The notes under the pieces are model-generated. The model was not told where the DNA came from. It ran no database searches and saw only the letters and a program-made list of their open reading frames with translations. 64,000 bases of DNA, taken from assembly GCF_009834535.1 (NCBI RefSeq), contig NC_045697.1, positions 72,604,001-72,668,000 of the forward strand. Direction: 5' to 3'. The translations under genes and the position numbers were made by a program. Positions 28,982-38,379 of the stretch are shown in pieces. This stretch comes from Camelus ferus. Lineage: Eukaryota. Within the stretch, counting starts at the first letter, position 1. Each line of letters opens with the position of its first letter.

Positions 28982-31199
28982 AGACTAGGAAAAAAATAAG
29001 TATAAAATTTACCAGACTAAGAAAGATCTTAAAGATGATGATGTTAAGCCATGTATTTTGGGCTTACAGTTTTAGGCCTCAGGTACACTAATGATTAAGA
29101 CGAAAAATGTTAGTCTTAGTCACAATGCACTATGATTATAACTGTGTTTTACTTTTTATTTACTTATTTTCTTTTTACTGTAACTATGCTTTAAGTATCA
29201 ATTTATTATCTTAGTTATCATAATGATGGATGAACAATTTTCCAATGAAGCAGTTTATATAGAAGGCTTAGTCTGATCCTTAGTGACAAATCCAGTATTA
29301 TTCATAAGGCTTTTGTACTCCTAATAGAAAAAGGATACCAGGTTAACTTTTGATGCTGTTATAAACTTACCAAAATTGAAGGATTTACTCCCATCAACTT
29401 GATAAATAGTATTATTGTCAGTTTTCCAGTAAACCTGAGTGTCTTTTCCAAGTGCTTCTTCTCTAAAAGAACAAAAACACTGCATTTTAGTCTAACTGGT
29501 CATAGAAGTTATGTTATATGAAAGATAAGTTAAAAGATTTCATCTTCTTATGAATATTTTAAAAGATGATAATGACTCATATCATAAATAAGATAAATGT
29601 GGAAAATCCACTTTGGAGGGTTCAACAGTTTTAAATGGGGTTTCAGTGACTTCCTGCACTTTCATGGGAGTTTCCTTGTAAAACTCTTCACTCTCACCTT
29701 CCTATCCAGTACTGGCAGCTGAAAAGATACATTCAAAATGCAACTCCGATTCTGTTTTCTTGCTTAAAACCTTTAAAAACCATCCACAGTCCTTAATTTG
29801 GCACATGAGACCTGGATCACTATAATTTCTCTCTTTAAACTTATCTTCCTCTAAATTTTTATATACACCCTAACTTCATACAAATCAACTACCTGAATGT
29901 CGCCTCAACATAACAGATTCAATGTCTCTGTTCCTGGAATACCCTGACTTACTTTTCTATTAAGTATCTTAACTATTCTTTCATTCATGAAAAGTATCAG
30001 GAGTTTCCTGCACTAGCCCTGTCCCTCCCCTAAACTGTCATCTTATTTAAGGACTAATGACTCCTCTAGCAAACATTCTTCATATATCATAACACTTGTC
30101 ATGATGTATTTGCAATGGTTTCTTAAAAATTTTTTTTTACTTAAGTATAGTTGATACACAATGTTGTTAGTTTCTAGTGTACAGCATAGTGATTCAGTCG
30201 TGCATAAATATATTCTTTTTCATAATTGGTTATTACAAGGTATTGAATAGTTTCCTGTGCTGTAGCATAGGACCTTGTTGTTTATCTATTTTACATATAG
30301 TATGTAATAGTTTCTTTATGTAGCTGTCTTCTAATGCATTAATGAGCTTCTTAAAAATAGGAAATTTCTCATCTTGATATTCTCACTTATTAAACACTCA
30401 GTAATATTTAACAAATATTTCTCAAACACAAAATGTGTTAGCAATATGGGGTAAGGGCCCAAGACTGGTGAAACAGACATACTTCATTTTCATTTCTTCC
30501 CCATCCTGCTCTTTCTCTATAGCATTTATTACTCCAGTATCACCACTTAACATTCTATATTTTTTACTTTATTTTCTGTCTACCCCTTTATAATGTAAGA
30601 TCCAAGGGCAACGATAGTAGTTTAGTACAGTACATTGTACTAAAAGAAAACAATATTGATGAGTATCAGTCACTTCTGAATGTGGAATTCAGTCATTGAC
30701 TGAATGAAGTCTTGGTCTACCAAATACAATGCAACAAGACAGACTACTCCTTGTTCTCAAGGAGTATACAGTAAAGAGGGAGAGAGAGTCAGTTAACTGT
30801 AAAATGACTAACTGTGATGATTGCCAGTAAGGATCTTTCCGATACGACTTCAAAAGGGAGGGATGGGGCGCACAGATTGGGGAACGGCAGTGCAGCACAG
30901 GGAGCAAGGACTTTAACGTCAGGGTGCCTGAGTTATAAATTTAAGAGACCCACACCTGGAAAGTATCTTCTAGATCCTCTAATCCTGGCCCGTCAACTTA
31001 CAGATAAGGAAATGAGCCACAAAGCAGGTAAGTGGCCGAGTTTCAGGCAGCGGAGCCGGAAGGAGCAGCGAGTACCCACTCCTCCGGCTCAGACCCGCGT
31101 CGGAAGCCGCAGTGGGGACCTGGGTGCGGTCTGGCCCACCTACCTGCTGTTGAGCGGCCGGACCCGCACGCACACTGCGACGGCTCCCTCCTCGGCCAT
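2125..31199 (-). CDS. CENPE: Centromere protein E (kinesin-7), 5' part: coding exons 1-24, 3030 nt / 1010 aa; gene continues beyond the left window edge
   Basis: The spliced translation begins [21 protein letters not shown] and contains the P-loop GQTASGKT, switch I NQRSSRSH, switch [26 protein letters not shown] (T at residue 422) and coiled coil. All 24 exons have GT-AG boundaries with consistent phases. Confidence 0.98.
2436..2708 (-). CDS. CENPE: CENPE exon 23 (273 nt; [11 protein letters not shown]...SDIQDTVNM)
   Basis: Acceptor CTTACAG, donor GTAAGA. Confidence 0.94.
2820..3134 (-). CDS. CENPE: CENPE exon 22 (315 nt; [27 protein letters not shown]...DLKTE)
   Basis: Acceptor TTCCATAG, donor GAG|GTTGGT; in frame with exon 23. 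Confidence 0.93.
3623..3777 (-). CDS. CENPE: CENPE exon 21 (155 nt; [32 protein letters not shown]...LRKE)
   Basis: Acceptor TTTCCTAG, donor GTAAAC. Confidence 0.95.
4151..4316 (-). CDS. CENPE: CENPE exon 20 (166 nt; [16 protein letters not shown]...LIDGKVPK)
   Basis: Acceptor CAATAG, donor GTATTT. Confidence 0.95.
4401..4523 (-). CDS. CENPE: CENPE exon 19 (123 nt; [41 protein letters not shown])
   Basis: Acceptor TGTATAG, donor GTAAAT. Confidence 0.95.
5994..6113 (-). CDS. CENPE: CENPE exon 18 (120 nt; [28 protein letters not shown]...LSYSS)
   Basis: Acceptor TTTTAG, donor GTAAAA. Confidence 0.93.
6334..6408 (-). CDS. CENPE: CENPE exon 17 (75 nt; [25 protein letters not shown])
   Basis: Acceptor TTACAG, donor GTGAGC; symmetric phase-0 exon. 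Confidence 0.94.
7390..7660. mobile_element. MER3-like hAT-Charlie element
   Basis: AATAGAAATATAATGTGAGCC...TTTTCTAGCAGCCAC...ATTTGAAGTGCTCAATTGCCACATGTG. Confidence 0.7.
10034..10185 (-). mobile_element. tRNA-derived SINE (camelid Vic-1-like) with 17-bp TSD
   Basis: Minus strand reads ATATAGCTCAGTGGTAGAG...GGGTTCTATCCCCAGGACCTCCA plus an A-rich tail; TSD TGATTTAACTATTTTTA at 10017-10033 and 10186-10202. Confidence 0.88.
10368..10535 (-). CDS. CENPE: CENPE exon 16 (168 nt; [27 protein letters not shown]...EKDQE)
   Basis: Acceptor ACAATAG, donor GTAAAA; open coiled-coil frame. Confidence 0.94.
11870..11958 (-). CDS. CENPE: CENPE exon 15 (89 nt; [30 protein letters not shown])
   Basis: Acceptor TTATAG, donor GTAACT; phase 1 to 0. 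Confidence 0.93.
12633..12777 (-). CDS. CENPE: CENPE exon 14 (145 nt; [13 protein letters not shown]...GEIDE)
   Basis: Acceptor TTTTTAG, donor GTGAGT; RVTW motif at 12751-12762. Confidence 0.95.
14270..15480 (+). mobile_element. L2 fragment(s)
   Basis: Pyrimidine-rich L2-type sequence (CTCTCAGCAGAGTGTGACACTGCTGAC...TTTCTAAAATGCAATTCTAATTATG). Confidence 0.7.
16020..16505 (+). mobile_element. L1 ORF2 fragment
   Basis: CTTCCTGATTTCAGACCATATTACAAAGCTATAGTAATC...CATAGACCAATGG...AAAACTCCTAGAAGAAAACATA. Confidence 0.88.
16728..16886 (-). CDS. CENPE: CENPE exon 13 (159 nt; [22 protein letters not shown]...QQELK)
   Basis: Acceptor TCTGTAG, donor GTAAGA. Confidence 0.95.
17764..17883 (-). CDS. CENPE: CENPE exon 12 (120 nt; [40 protein letters not shown])
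   Basis: Acceptor TTCCCAG, donor GTATGT; neck linker and neck coil. Confidence 0.96.
18823..18952 (-). CDS. CENPE: CENPE exon 11 (130 nt; [24 protein letters not shown]...ETLTTLQ)
   Basis: Acceptor CACTCAG, donor GTAAGT. Confidence 0.96.
19291..19378 (-). CDS. CENPE: CENPE exon 10 (88 nt; [28 protein letters not shown])
   Basis: Acceptor TGCAG, donor GTAAGT; kinesin EGxNINxSL motif. Confidence 0.96.
20914..20965 (-). CDS. CENPE: CENPE exon 9 (52 nt; switch [19 protein letters not shown])
   Basis: Acceptor TCTTACAG, donor GTAATG. Confidence 0.96.
21570..22370 (-). mobile_element. L2 3' fragment
   Basis: GGTCCCTGCCCTCAGAGAGCTTATATTCTA is the reverse complement of the L2 3' consensus. Confidence 0.8.
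23747..23800. repeat. Perfect 27-bp tandem duplication
   Basis: AAATCAAATAGAGTAATCTTAAATCAT occurs twice in tandem. Confidence 0.9.
24500..24565 (-). CDS. CENPE: CENPE exon 8 (66 nt; [22 protein letters not shown])
   Basis: Acceptor TTTCTAG, donor GTGAGT; preceded by a 77-nt intron. Confidence 0.95.
24643..24710 (-). CDS. CENPE: CENPE exon 7 (68 nt; switch [23 protein letters not shown])
   Basis: Acceptor TTTTACAG, donor GTAGGT. Confidence 0.96.
24858..25015 (+). mobile_element. tRNA-derived SINE (Vic-1-like) with (GAAA)n tail, in CENPE intron 6
   Basis: A-box TAGCTCAGTGATAGAG, B-box-like CATTCAATCCCCAGTACCTCCA, AAACCTAATTACC; probable TSD AAGAAATATA at 24843-24852 and 25010-25019. Confidence 0.85.
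25029..25110 (-). CDS. CENPE: CENPE exon 6 (82 nt; [27 protein letters not shown])
   Basis: Acceptor TTTCAG, donor GTAAGA. Confidence 0.95.
25551..25670 (-). CDS. CENPE: CENPE exon 5 (120 nt; [24 protein letters not shown]...REDFN)
   Basis: Acceptor TTCTTCTAG, donor GTGAGT; kinesin SYMEIYNE motif. Confidence 0.96.
26789..26907 (-). CDS. CENPE: CENPE exon 4 (119 nt; P-loop [17 protein letters not shown]...IFQKIKK)
   Basis: Acceptor TTTTGCAG, donor GTAAAT; Walker A motif. Confidence 0.97.
27024..27113 (-). CDS. CENPE: CENPE exon 3 (90 nt; [30 protein letters not shown])
   Basis: Acceptor TTTTTAG, donor GTGTGT; kinesin FDRVF...QGYNG motif. Confidence 0.95.
27345..27530 (+). mobile_element. 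MIR SINE
   Basis: AAATCCTGGTTCTGCCACTTACAAGTTGTGTGACTTTGG...CTGTAAAATGG. Other MIRs at ~28295-28495 (+), ~15530-15770 (-), ~5780-5925 (+) and ~61220-61390 (+). Confidence 0.8.
28846..28978 (+). mobile_element. tRNA-derived SINE (Vic-1-like) with poly(A)+(TA)n tail
   Basis: GGGGGTGGGTACAGCTTGGTGGTAGAG...GGGTTCAATCCC, then an A-run and TA repeat. Confidence 0.85.
29371..29462 (-). CDS. CENPE: CENPE exon 2 (92 nt; [30 protein letters not shown])
   Basis: Acceptor TTCTTTTAG, donor GTAAGT; phase matches exons 1 and 3. Confidence 0.95.
31144..31199 (-). CDS. CENPE: CENPE coding exon 1 (56 nt; [19 protein letters not shown])
   Basis: ATG at 31199 inside the CpG island; donor CAG|GTAGGT. Confidence 0.96.
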
Positions 31200-31275
31200 C
31201 CTGTCGGGTTGGATCCAAGAAAACTGTCGAAGACCCCCAGCGTCCGGCGCTTCCGAGCGCACCGGCCACCCCGCC

Positions 31276-31287
31276 TTTAAATTTAAA
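31276..31287 (-). promoter_or_regulatory. Tandem CHR elements (TTTAAA TTTAAA), candidate LIN54/MuvB site
   Basis: Isolated AT block inside the CpG island, ~80 nt upstream of the ATG and next to GGCGGG. TTTAAA is a known CHR variant of G2/M genes. Confidence 0.7.
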
Positions 31288-31323
31288 ATTTCCCAAACGC
31301 CGCGTCTGATTGAGTCGCGGCCT

Positions 31324-31335
31324 CGTGACGTCACG
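31324..31335. promoter_or_regulatory. Palindromic CRE (CGTGACGTCACG)
   Basis: Perfect TGACGTCA at 31326-31333. Confidence 0.7.
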
Positions 31336-34113
31336 GGCCGTTCCACCTCCGTCGCGGCGCGGGGGCGCCAGGCCGGCGGCGCGTCCACGGATAAGCGGAG
31401 GGGGTGGGTTATGTTAAAAGGTCTGGAGGAGAAAGGGGTTTGGGGGTCGCTGAGAGGGGTCCGGGAAGCGCCTGGCAAGCGGCTCTCCAGGTAATAGCAT
31501 AAATAACTAATTTTGCTAAACACCGTTGAAGTGCAGTAGCCGTTTACAAATGCCGTCCTCCACCGCACCCTTAAAGTTTGCAATCTGTGGGGGGGAAAAA
31601 AAAAAACGAAGCAGAGAATTTTTTCTTCACTAAGAGAGAATTAGGACCTTTAAAGAATTACACTAACAGTTGCTTTTTTAAAATTAAAAACAAAAACAAA
31701 AAAAATCCTCAAAAATTCCTCAAACGTCGAGAGTTGGAAGTCCCTGCCTAGCCCAGAAACGGAAGAATCTTGTACTCCTTCAAAACTAGGAATTTTAGGT
31801 TCTTCATTTACTCTGTTTTTCTTTGAATTCCGTTTTCCATTGGCTGTGAGTTCCTAAGAAGCTGACGTAGGAAAAAAATATTGAAGATTGGAAAAAACTC
31901 ATTTAATAGGTGAAATTTTATTAGCAGAAATGGGAAAGTGATTCTAAATAATTCTTCCCCAGAAATAGTGCTTCGTTTCCTTTGTTTTAAATATGTGTCA
32001 TAGTAAAAATATTAACATTTTCTTTAGGAGTGATTTCAGTCCTTGGTTGATTTAAGGAGGGTCGAGAATTATCCCCTTTTCTCTCACCAAAAATATGACC
32101 TGCAGTTCCTAATAATTTTTCACTATTTAGAGGAGTAGAAAACTACACACTTTGTAAAACTATTTTAGAAGATAATATGGCAGTATCAATAAAAAAGTGA
32201 AGGTACATATGTCCTTTATGCCAGCTATTCTGTTTTTAAAAATTTATAAGTATTAGAAGGATTGTGCAAGGATATATATAGCTATTAGTTGCAGCATTGT
32301 ACACAATAGCTAATGACAGAGAACACATTAAATGCCAATAAGAGAGTAGTTAAATGGATGGCGTTTTATCACTGCAGTGAAACATTTTGTGGCCGGTAGA
32401 AAGAATGATGTAGCTCTTTATGGGTACCTTAGAAACCCATCCAAGATGTTTCATTAGCTAAAAGAAAGACAAGTACAGGATTGTGTACATAGTATATCCT
32501 ATTTGATATTTTCAAAGGATATTTATATGTCTGGATATGCATACATAATTTCTGGGGAAGAATATACCTAGATTCCTTGGAAAGGGAGGACTGAATTAGA
32601 TAAAATATCTATCTTTCATTGTATACTGTTTTATGAGTATTGATATTTTAAGTGTGCATGTATTAAGCAGTTTCATTCAACTTAAAAAAAACTAGCTAGT
32701 AGAAAAAACCAGTAAAATAAAAATGAGTTTGTTCATTCAAGATTTGCTTTGGTTAACCAACTGTGAGCCAGTATAGACTACTGTTTTTTTGGTGACTAAG
32801 CTTTGAAAATAACGTGGCTATATCTAATAAGGTAATACAGAGTTAAGAAGAGTGTGTCTTAACTGATTTTTTAAAAATGCTGGGCAAAAATATTGCACAT
32901 TTTTAGCTGAAGGATAGGGGCCTGTGAAGAGGAGGAAAGGACACATAATCAAGGAAAGAAAGCCTCCAACAACAGAGAGGGGGTTGGTTCAAGAGCACAG
33001 AGGAGCCTTTCATAGTTGTGCTCATGATTGATGTCATGATTATCTTTGTTGTCATTATAACAGCTGACATTTATTGAAGATTTGCTGTGTGCGAAGCAAT
33101 CTGTTATATGCTTTACATGCCTTTTTTTTCATGTAATTTTTCAAATATGTCATCAAATTTTCATTGCGCACCCACTTTGTGCCAGATGTGGTTCTAGGCT
33201 TAGGAGGCACAGAGTGAATAGACTAGAAAAGCACCTGCACTCAGAAAGCTATTATTCCCTCAGGGGAGATGGATAATTCACAAATCTGTATCTGTATATC
33301 TCTCTGTATGTATCTTATGTCTATGTATATAGCTATATCTATGAAGTGATGATGAAGACTGAGAAGAAAAGTAAAGCCAAATCAGGGAAGAGGGAGTGAT
33401 AAGGTGAGGGTGGCGGGGAGGTGCCAGTTTCTTATGAAACACGTTTGTGTGGGAAGAAGCAGACAATACAGAACGAATGTGTAAGTAAAAAGTAAGGCCC
33501 CTGTGACTGGAGCATTTTTGGCAACGGAGAGAGTGCCTGTGGACCTTGCCATGATAAAATGTTACTTTGATAGTGAGAGAAAGCCTATGGAAGGTTTTAA
33601 GCAAGTAAGTGAAAAGGGATTCAGTAATTCCTTCAAACAATGTTTTGTTTTATATCTCACTGTGAAAATAGAAGCAACCAGAAGAAACTTTTCTCTGACT
33701 TCTGCCAACCTGTCTACCCACCTAATGTCTGTGCCCATTTACCTCGTCTTCCAGATTTCAACTACTTGAACCACTGGCTCTCCTCCACTCTGAAAATCTC
33801 TCCACGTGTGCACTAAATCCCACTCCTTTCCTTTTATTCCTGTCTGTCTCACATAGTCATTTCCCTAGCTTTAATAAACTGATATCATCAGCAAATGCAT
33901 GCCCAATTTCTCCCATCTTGGATGTCTGATAAATATTACAAACATTTTAATATCAAACTCATAACATTCCCCCGAAAACCTACTGGCTTCCGCATATTAG
34001 TTGGTGACAAGTCCACCCTTTCAGTTCCCCAGGCTGTAAACTATGGAGATGTGATGCTTGACTTCTCTCTCAAAGGCTAAATTAAGTGTATGAATTTCTA
34101 TTACAGCTACCTA

Positions 34114-35411
34114 CGATACGTGAAAATGGAGTGTGAGAGGATGGTCGTGTCCCAGGTCTTGGTCAAGTCCCAGGGATGTGCCCCACCAAGTGAGGGTCCT
34201 TGTCTTCTTGTAGGAAAGAATTCAAGAGCGAGCCATAGTTTAGTAAAAGTAGGTTTATTCAGACATGCACACTCCATAGTCCAAGTGTAGGCCATCTCAG
34301 AAGGCCAGAGAGGCCACGAGGCGTAGTGGTGAGGGGGGGTGGTGGTTGTGATGCAGGAAAATGGATGTGGGGCGTAAGGAGGACCATGTCCCAGGTCTCA
34401 GTTGAGCCCCGGGGATGTGCCCTGACAAGTGTGGGTCCTTGGCTTCGCGCAGAAAAGAATTCAAGTGTGAGCCACTGTTGAGTAAAGGTAGATTTATTTA
34501 GAGAGATACATACTGTATAGAGTGTAAGACGAGAAAGGCAAGGAAAGAGGTGTGGGAATCGGTTGCTCAGGTTAAAGTAAAAGTAGGTACACACTCCATA
34601 GACAGAGTGTGGGCCATCTCTGAAGAGGGAGCGAAAAAGGGCCGCTAGGTGTGGTGGTGTCAGTTTTTATGGGCTCAGTAGCTTCATATGCCTACAGGTG
34701 GGACCATTCCAACTGCCCTGGGGAAGGGGCTGAGATTCCCAGGGATTGGGCCACAGCCCATTCTTTGGCCTTTTGTGCTTATCCTTGGGACTGTCATGGC
34801 GCCTGCGGGCATGTTATTTATCATGCTGTTACAATGAGCATATAATGAAGCTCAAGGTCTACTAGAAGTCAAACCTCTTAATCCTTAAGGCCAACTAGGA
34901 GTTGAATCTTCCACTATTCTGGTGAATCTTCCACCATTTTGGTGTTGAACTGCTGTCATTCCTTGAGTGGCTGTGCCCTGCCCCCTTCCCTCCTGTTTCA
35001 GTTGAAGTAAAATAGACACACACTCCATAGACAAAGTATGGGCCATCTTGGAAGGTGAGGGAGCAAAAGGCCACAGGGTGCAGAGTTGGCTAGTTTTTAT
35101 GGGCTTGATAACTTCATAGGCTAACAAGTGGGAGGATTAGTCCAACTACTTTGGGGAAGGGGTAGGGATTTCCGTGAATTTGGCCACCGCCCACTTTTTG
35201 ACCTTTTATGGTCGGCCTTAGAGCTGTCTTGGCACCTGCGGGAGTGCCATTTACCATGCAAATATATTACAATGAAGTTCAGGGTGTTCTGAAAGTCAAA
35301 TCTCCTGCTATCTTGCCCTCAAGTTTTCCTGAATTGAATCTTCCACCATCTAGGTGCTAATTGCTGTGATTCCGTTAATGTTTGTGCCCTGTCTCCTTCC
35401 TTCCTGTCTCA
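34114..35411 (-). mobile_element. Outer ERV1-type solo LTR (~640 bp, split by an inner LTR), TSD CCTA
   Basis: Minus-strand start TGAGACAGGAAGGAAGG at 35411; AATAAA at 34254-34259; CCTA at 34110-34113 and 35412-35415. Confidence 0.85.
34349..35000 (-). mobile_element. Inner ERV1-type solo LTR (652 bp), TSD GTTG
   Basis: Termini TGAAACAGGAGGGAAGGGGGCAGGGCAC...TTTCCTGCATCA (minus strand); AATAAA at 34493-34498; GTTG at 34345-34348 and 35001-35004; homologous to the outer LTR. Confidence 0.88.
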
Positions 35412-36535
35412 CCTAGAAAATATTCCAGAATATAACCATTTATCACAACTTCTACTGTTTACCTGGTCCAACATTTTTACTTTTGTTTTGCTCCACACCC
35501 CTCCCCTGCCCCCCTAAGTCTATTCTCAACATAGCAATTTTAGTTGATCCTTTAAAAATGTAAGTTAGATCATGTTAATCCTCTCTCAAGACCTCCAGTG
35601 CCACCCTACCTGGATTTTTCTTTTTTTTCAGAATAAAACCCATAGTCTCAGCTGTCTCCCAGGCCCCGCTCCTTGTTGCCCCTCTGGCCTAACCTGCTAC
35701 CACTCTTCCTTTTGCTCTCTCCACTCTAGCCACACTGGTCTCTTGGTAGTTTCTTGAATACTAGACAGACTCCCTCTTTGTGCTCTGCCTGGTAGGCTCT
35801 TACCTAGATACCCAGGTTTCATTCTTTCATTTACTTCTGGCATCTGCTTACATGTCACCTCCTCAGAACTCTCTGTATAAATAACAACTTTCTTGTCTAC
35901 TACCTCTGTTTCTTTACTTTTCTTTTAAAATACTACTTATAACTTTCAGATACAATATATATGTATTAATTTTTGTTTATATTATCTGCCTTCTCCCACT
36001 AGAGTGTTAGCTCTGAGACGTTAGTGACTTAGTTTTGGTTTACCTCTAACCCTAGAAAGATACTTAGAGTATCATAAACATTCAACTTAAAATTTTGTTT
36101 ATTCAGTTACTCAATAAGTTGACATTTATTACTAAATAATATTACATATAAATTACCATATTCACTTGCTCAGTAATATTGACATAATTTTTGGAAAGAT
36201 ACATGGAATATACCTAGTTTCTTTTGAAGAGGAGGACTGAGTTAGAAAATACTTTCATTGTATACTATTTCATAATTATTAATATCTTAATTAGTGAATA
36301 TTGACTAGTTTCTCCCAACTTTAAGAAATTGGTTAGTAGATTAAAAACTGTAACTGAAATAGTCTGCTCTTTTATAGTCTATTCAGTATTTGTTTGGTTA
36401 ACCAAATGTGAACTAATATAGATGACTTTTCTCATAGCTAAATTGTGAAGATGCTGGGTTGTATCTAATAAGAAAACAGAGTTAAGGAAGCTATATTTCA
36501 ATTTAAAATAAATGATTAGGGAAGGCAGAGAGATT

Positions 36536-36930
36536 TGTTAAAAGATAAGCAGAGGTATATTAAAATTTTTACAAGTTTAACTGAGGAAAAATTAATTAGA
36601 ATCAGGTGGCATCCAGTGGAACAGATAGAAAAGAGCTGCAAGGACTTGTGTAAAATGAAGGACTTTCATAGGCAGATGGGTGTGGAAACAAGGAACTTAC
36701 ACTTGGCAGAAAAGTGGGTTTGTAATTGAAAAGTTACTTTTCTTCAGGGGATGGTTTGGAGTCTGTCAGGCAGATTACCTAACTAGTGCTAATTAGGTGA
36801 TTCCTGATATACTGGCTTAAGAGTCCATTTTTGGGTGAGCTAAAACTGTAATTACATTAAATCCTGGTTTTGCTGACGTGGGGCTTAGCATCTCCAACTC
36901 CATTTTGGGCATGTTGTTTTGTTTTTAACA
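36536..36930. mobile_element. Solo LTR (ERV1, MER57/MER67-like)
   Basis: Inverted termini TGTTAAA...TTTAACA; flanks GATT/GCTT (degenerate 4-bp TSD). Confidence 0.65.
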
Positions 36931-38379
36931 GCTTAAAGGACTTGTCTGAAGTTATGGAGCTTCTGGAGAGAAAGGCTTAAAATTTGCATGCATACCATTT
37001 CTCTAAAAGGTAATTAAATTTTTTATTGATTAATTTTTTTTCTTACCATAATACATTCATGTGATGAAGAAATTTAAGTAGTACCAGAAGAGTCACAGTG
37101 AAAATAAATCTTCCCACATCTGATCCCCAAGGTGCCAGGTGGTCTCTTTAAAGGCAACTGTGCCATATCCTAGAGTGTTGTCTTCAAATTAATCTGTAGA
37201 TACGCACATGTATGTATCCTTTTCTATATTGCATGTCTTTTGACACAAATAGTATCTGCTATACATGCTGTAGTGTGCTTTTCTTAAAATGTGAGCTTTG
37301 CATAAATATTTTCATTCAGCTTAAGACAAAATGAATTTCTGAGGCATGTTAATTGCATACACTTCCACGTTGATGTTTAAATGACTTTTTTGGTTTTTTG
37401 TTTCTGTCAAAACTGTGTTTATTTCTGCTGAAGCTGCAGAGGGCACTGTTATCCTTCCAAAAGCATGGCCTAGCCTTAGACAGTGTTTTGCAGTACTTAA
37501 ATGTGGTGCAAATTTCAGGACTTGGAGAAGCTCCTGGTATTACAAATATGCACAAATTCAAAATACTCACTTGTGCTCACTTTTTATGTATTTCACATAA
37601 AATTAGTTGCAATATATTTATATCATACCATCACTTTCAGTAGGAGTAATTTTTCTTTAATAGATACAATATTTAATTTCCAAAGCACAAGCCTTGCCTT
37701 AATTTTGTGGTAACTATTTGTAAGGATCACAGATAGTGTCCCTTTCCTTTTAGTCATTGTTACACAAGATTTGTGTAGCATCACAGAAACTGCACTGACT
37801 TGGGTCAGTCCAACTGCATCATTTATAAACTATGCCACACTGTAAAATCATTTATCTCTGTGATTCACCATTTTCTCAGCCACAAAATGAGGAAACTGGT
37901 ATTTCTAAGGTTCTTGTCAGCTTCAATAAGTCTGTGATGTTTTCATAAAAAAAGAAATGTAAAAATTGAGTATAGATGAGTGTCAAGTAGAATATGGATG
38001 TGTGAGAGGGTGGGAAAAGCAATCTACATTACAGACAAAATCTAGGGTAGTCACAACTCCACAGAGACTGATGGCAGCCCACCAAAGTCCCTTCTTCGCT
38101 TTCTGGCCAGAAAGCAAGACTAGACGGCCAGCCTGTCTTGCACTTAGGTTGCTACTTCTAGGACTAGATAATAAAAACTTCACGGGTGCACTTTTCCTCC
38201 CTCGTCCTTGGTGAATATCCTTCCTCTTTCTCTCATTGACTGTTTCAAATCCGCCCTTCTTTTCTCAACCCTGGTTCCCATCCTCATCCTTCCTGAGAAA
38301 CCACGGCTGTTAGGCAGACCATGTCTCACCGCCCAGCTCTCGCACTCCTACAGCCTGCACCATTCTTTTATGGATCTTT

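Larger units (their letters stand above)
31040..31500. promoter_or_regulatory. CpG island / CENPE promoter
   Basis: Abrupt GC- and CpG-rich stretch in an AT-rich background, spanning exon 1. Confidence 0.9.
33660..36110 (+). mobile_element. L2 fragment interrupted by the nested LTRs
   Basis: L2-type sequence on both sides of 34114-35411 (ATCCTTTAAAAATGTAAGTTAGATCATG; CTCCCACTAGAGTGTTAGCTC). Confidence 0.65.

Noticed and set aside
30814..31494. 226-aa + strand ORF across the promoter
   Set aside because: Antisense to CENPE exon 1 in a GC-rich CpG island where stops are rare; non-ATG start and no recognisable domain.
31200..31583. In-frame N-terminal extension of CENPE (ORF 31140-31583)
   Set aside because: Starts at TTG upstream of the CHR/CRE core promoter, so it is probably not in the mRNA; the known protein starts MAEEG.
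34114..35411. CRISPR-like or tandem array (recurring ACACTCCATAG...GGCCATCT units)
   Set aside because: Explained by internal repeats of two nested homologous LTRs; eukaryotic DNA with no repeat-spacer periodicity.
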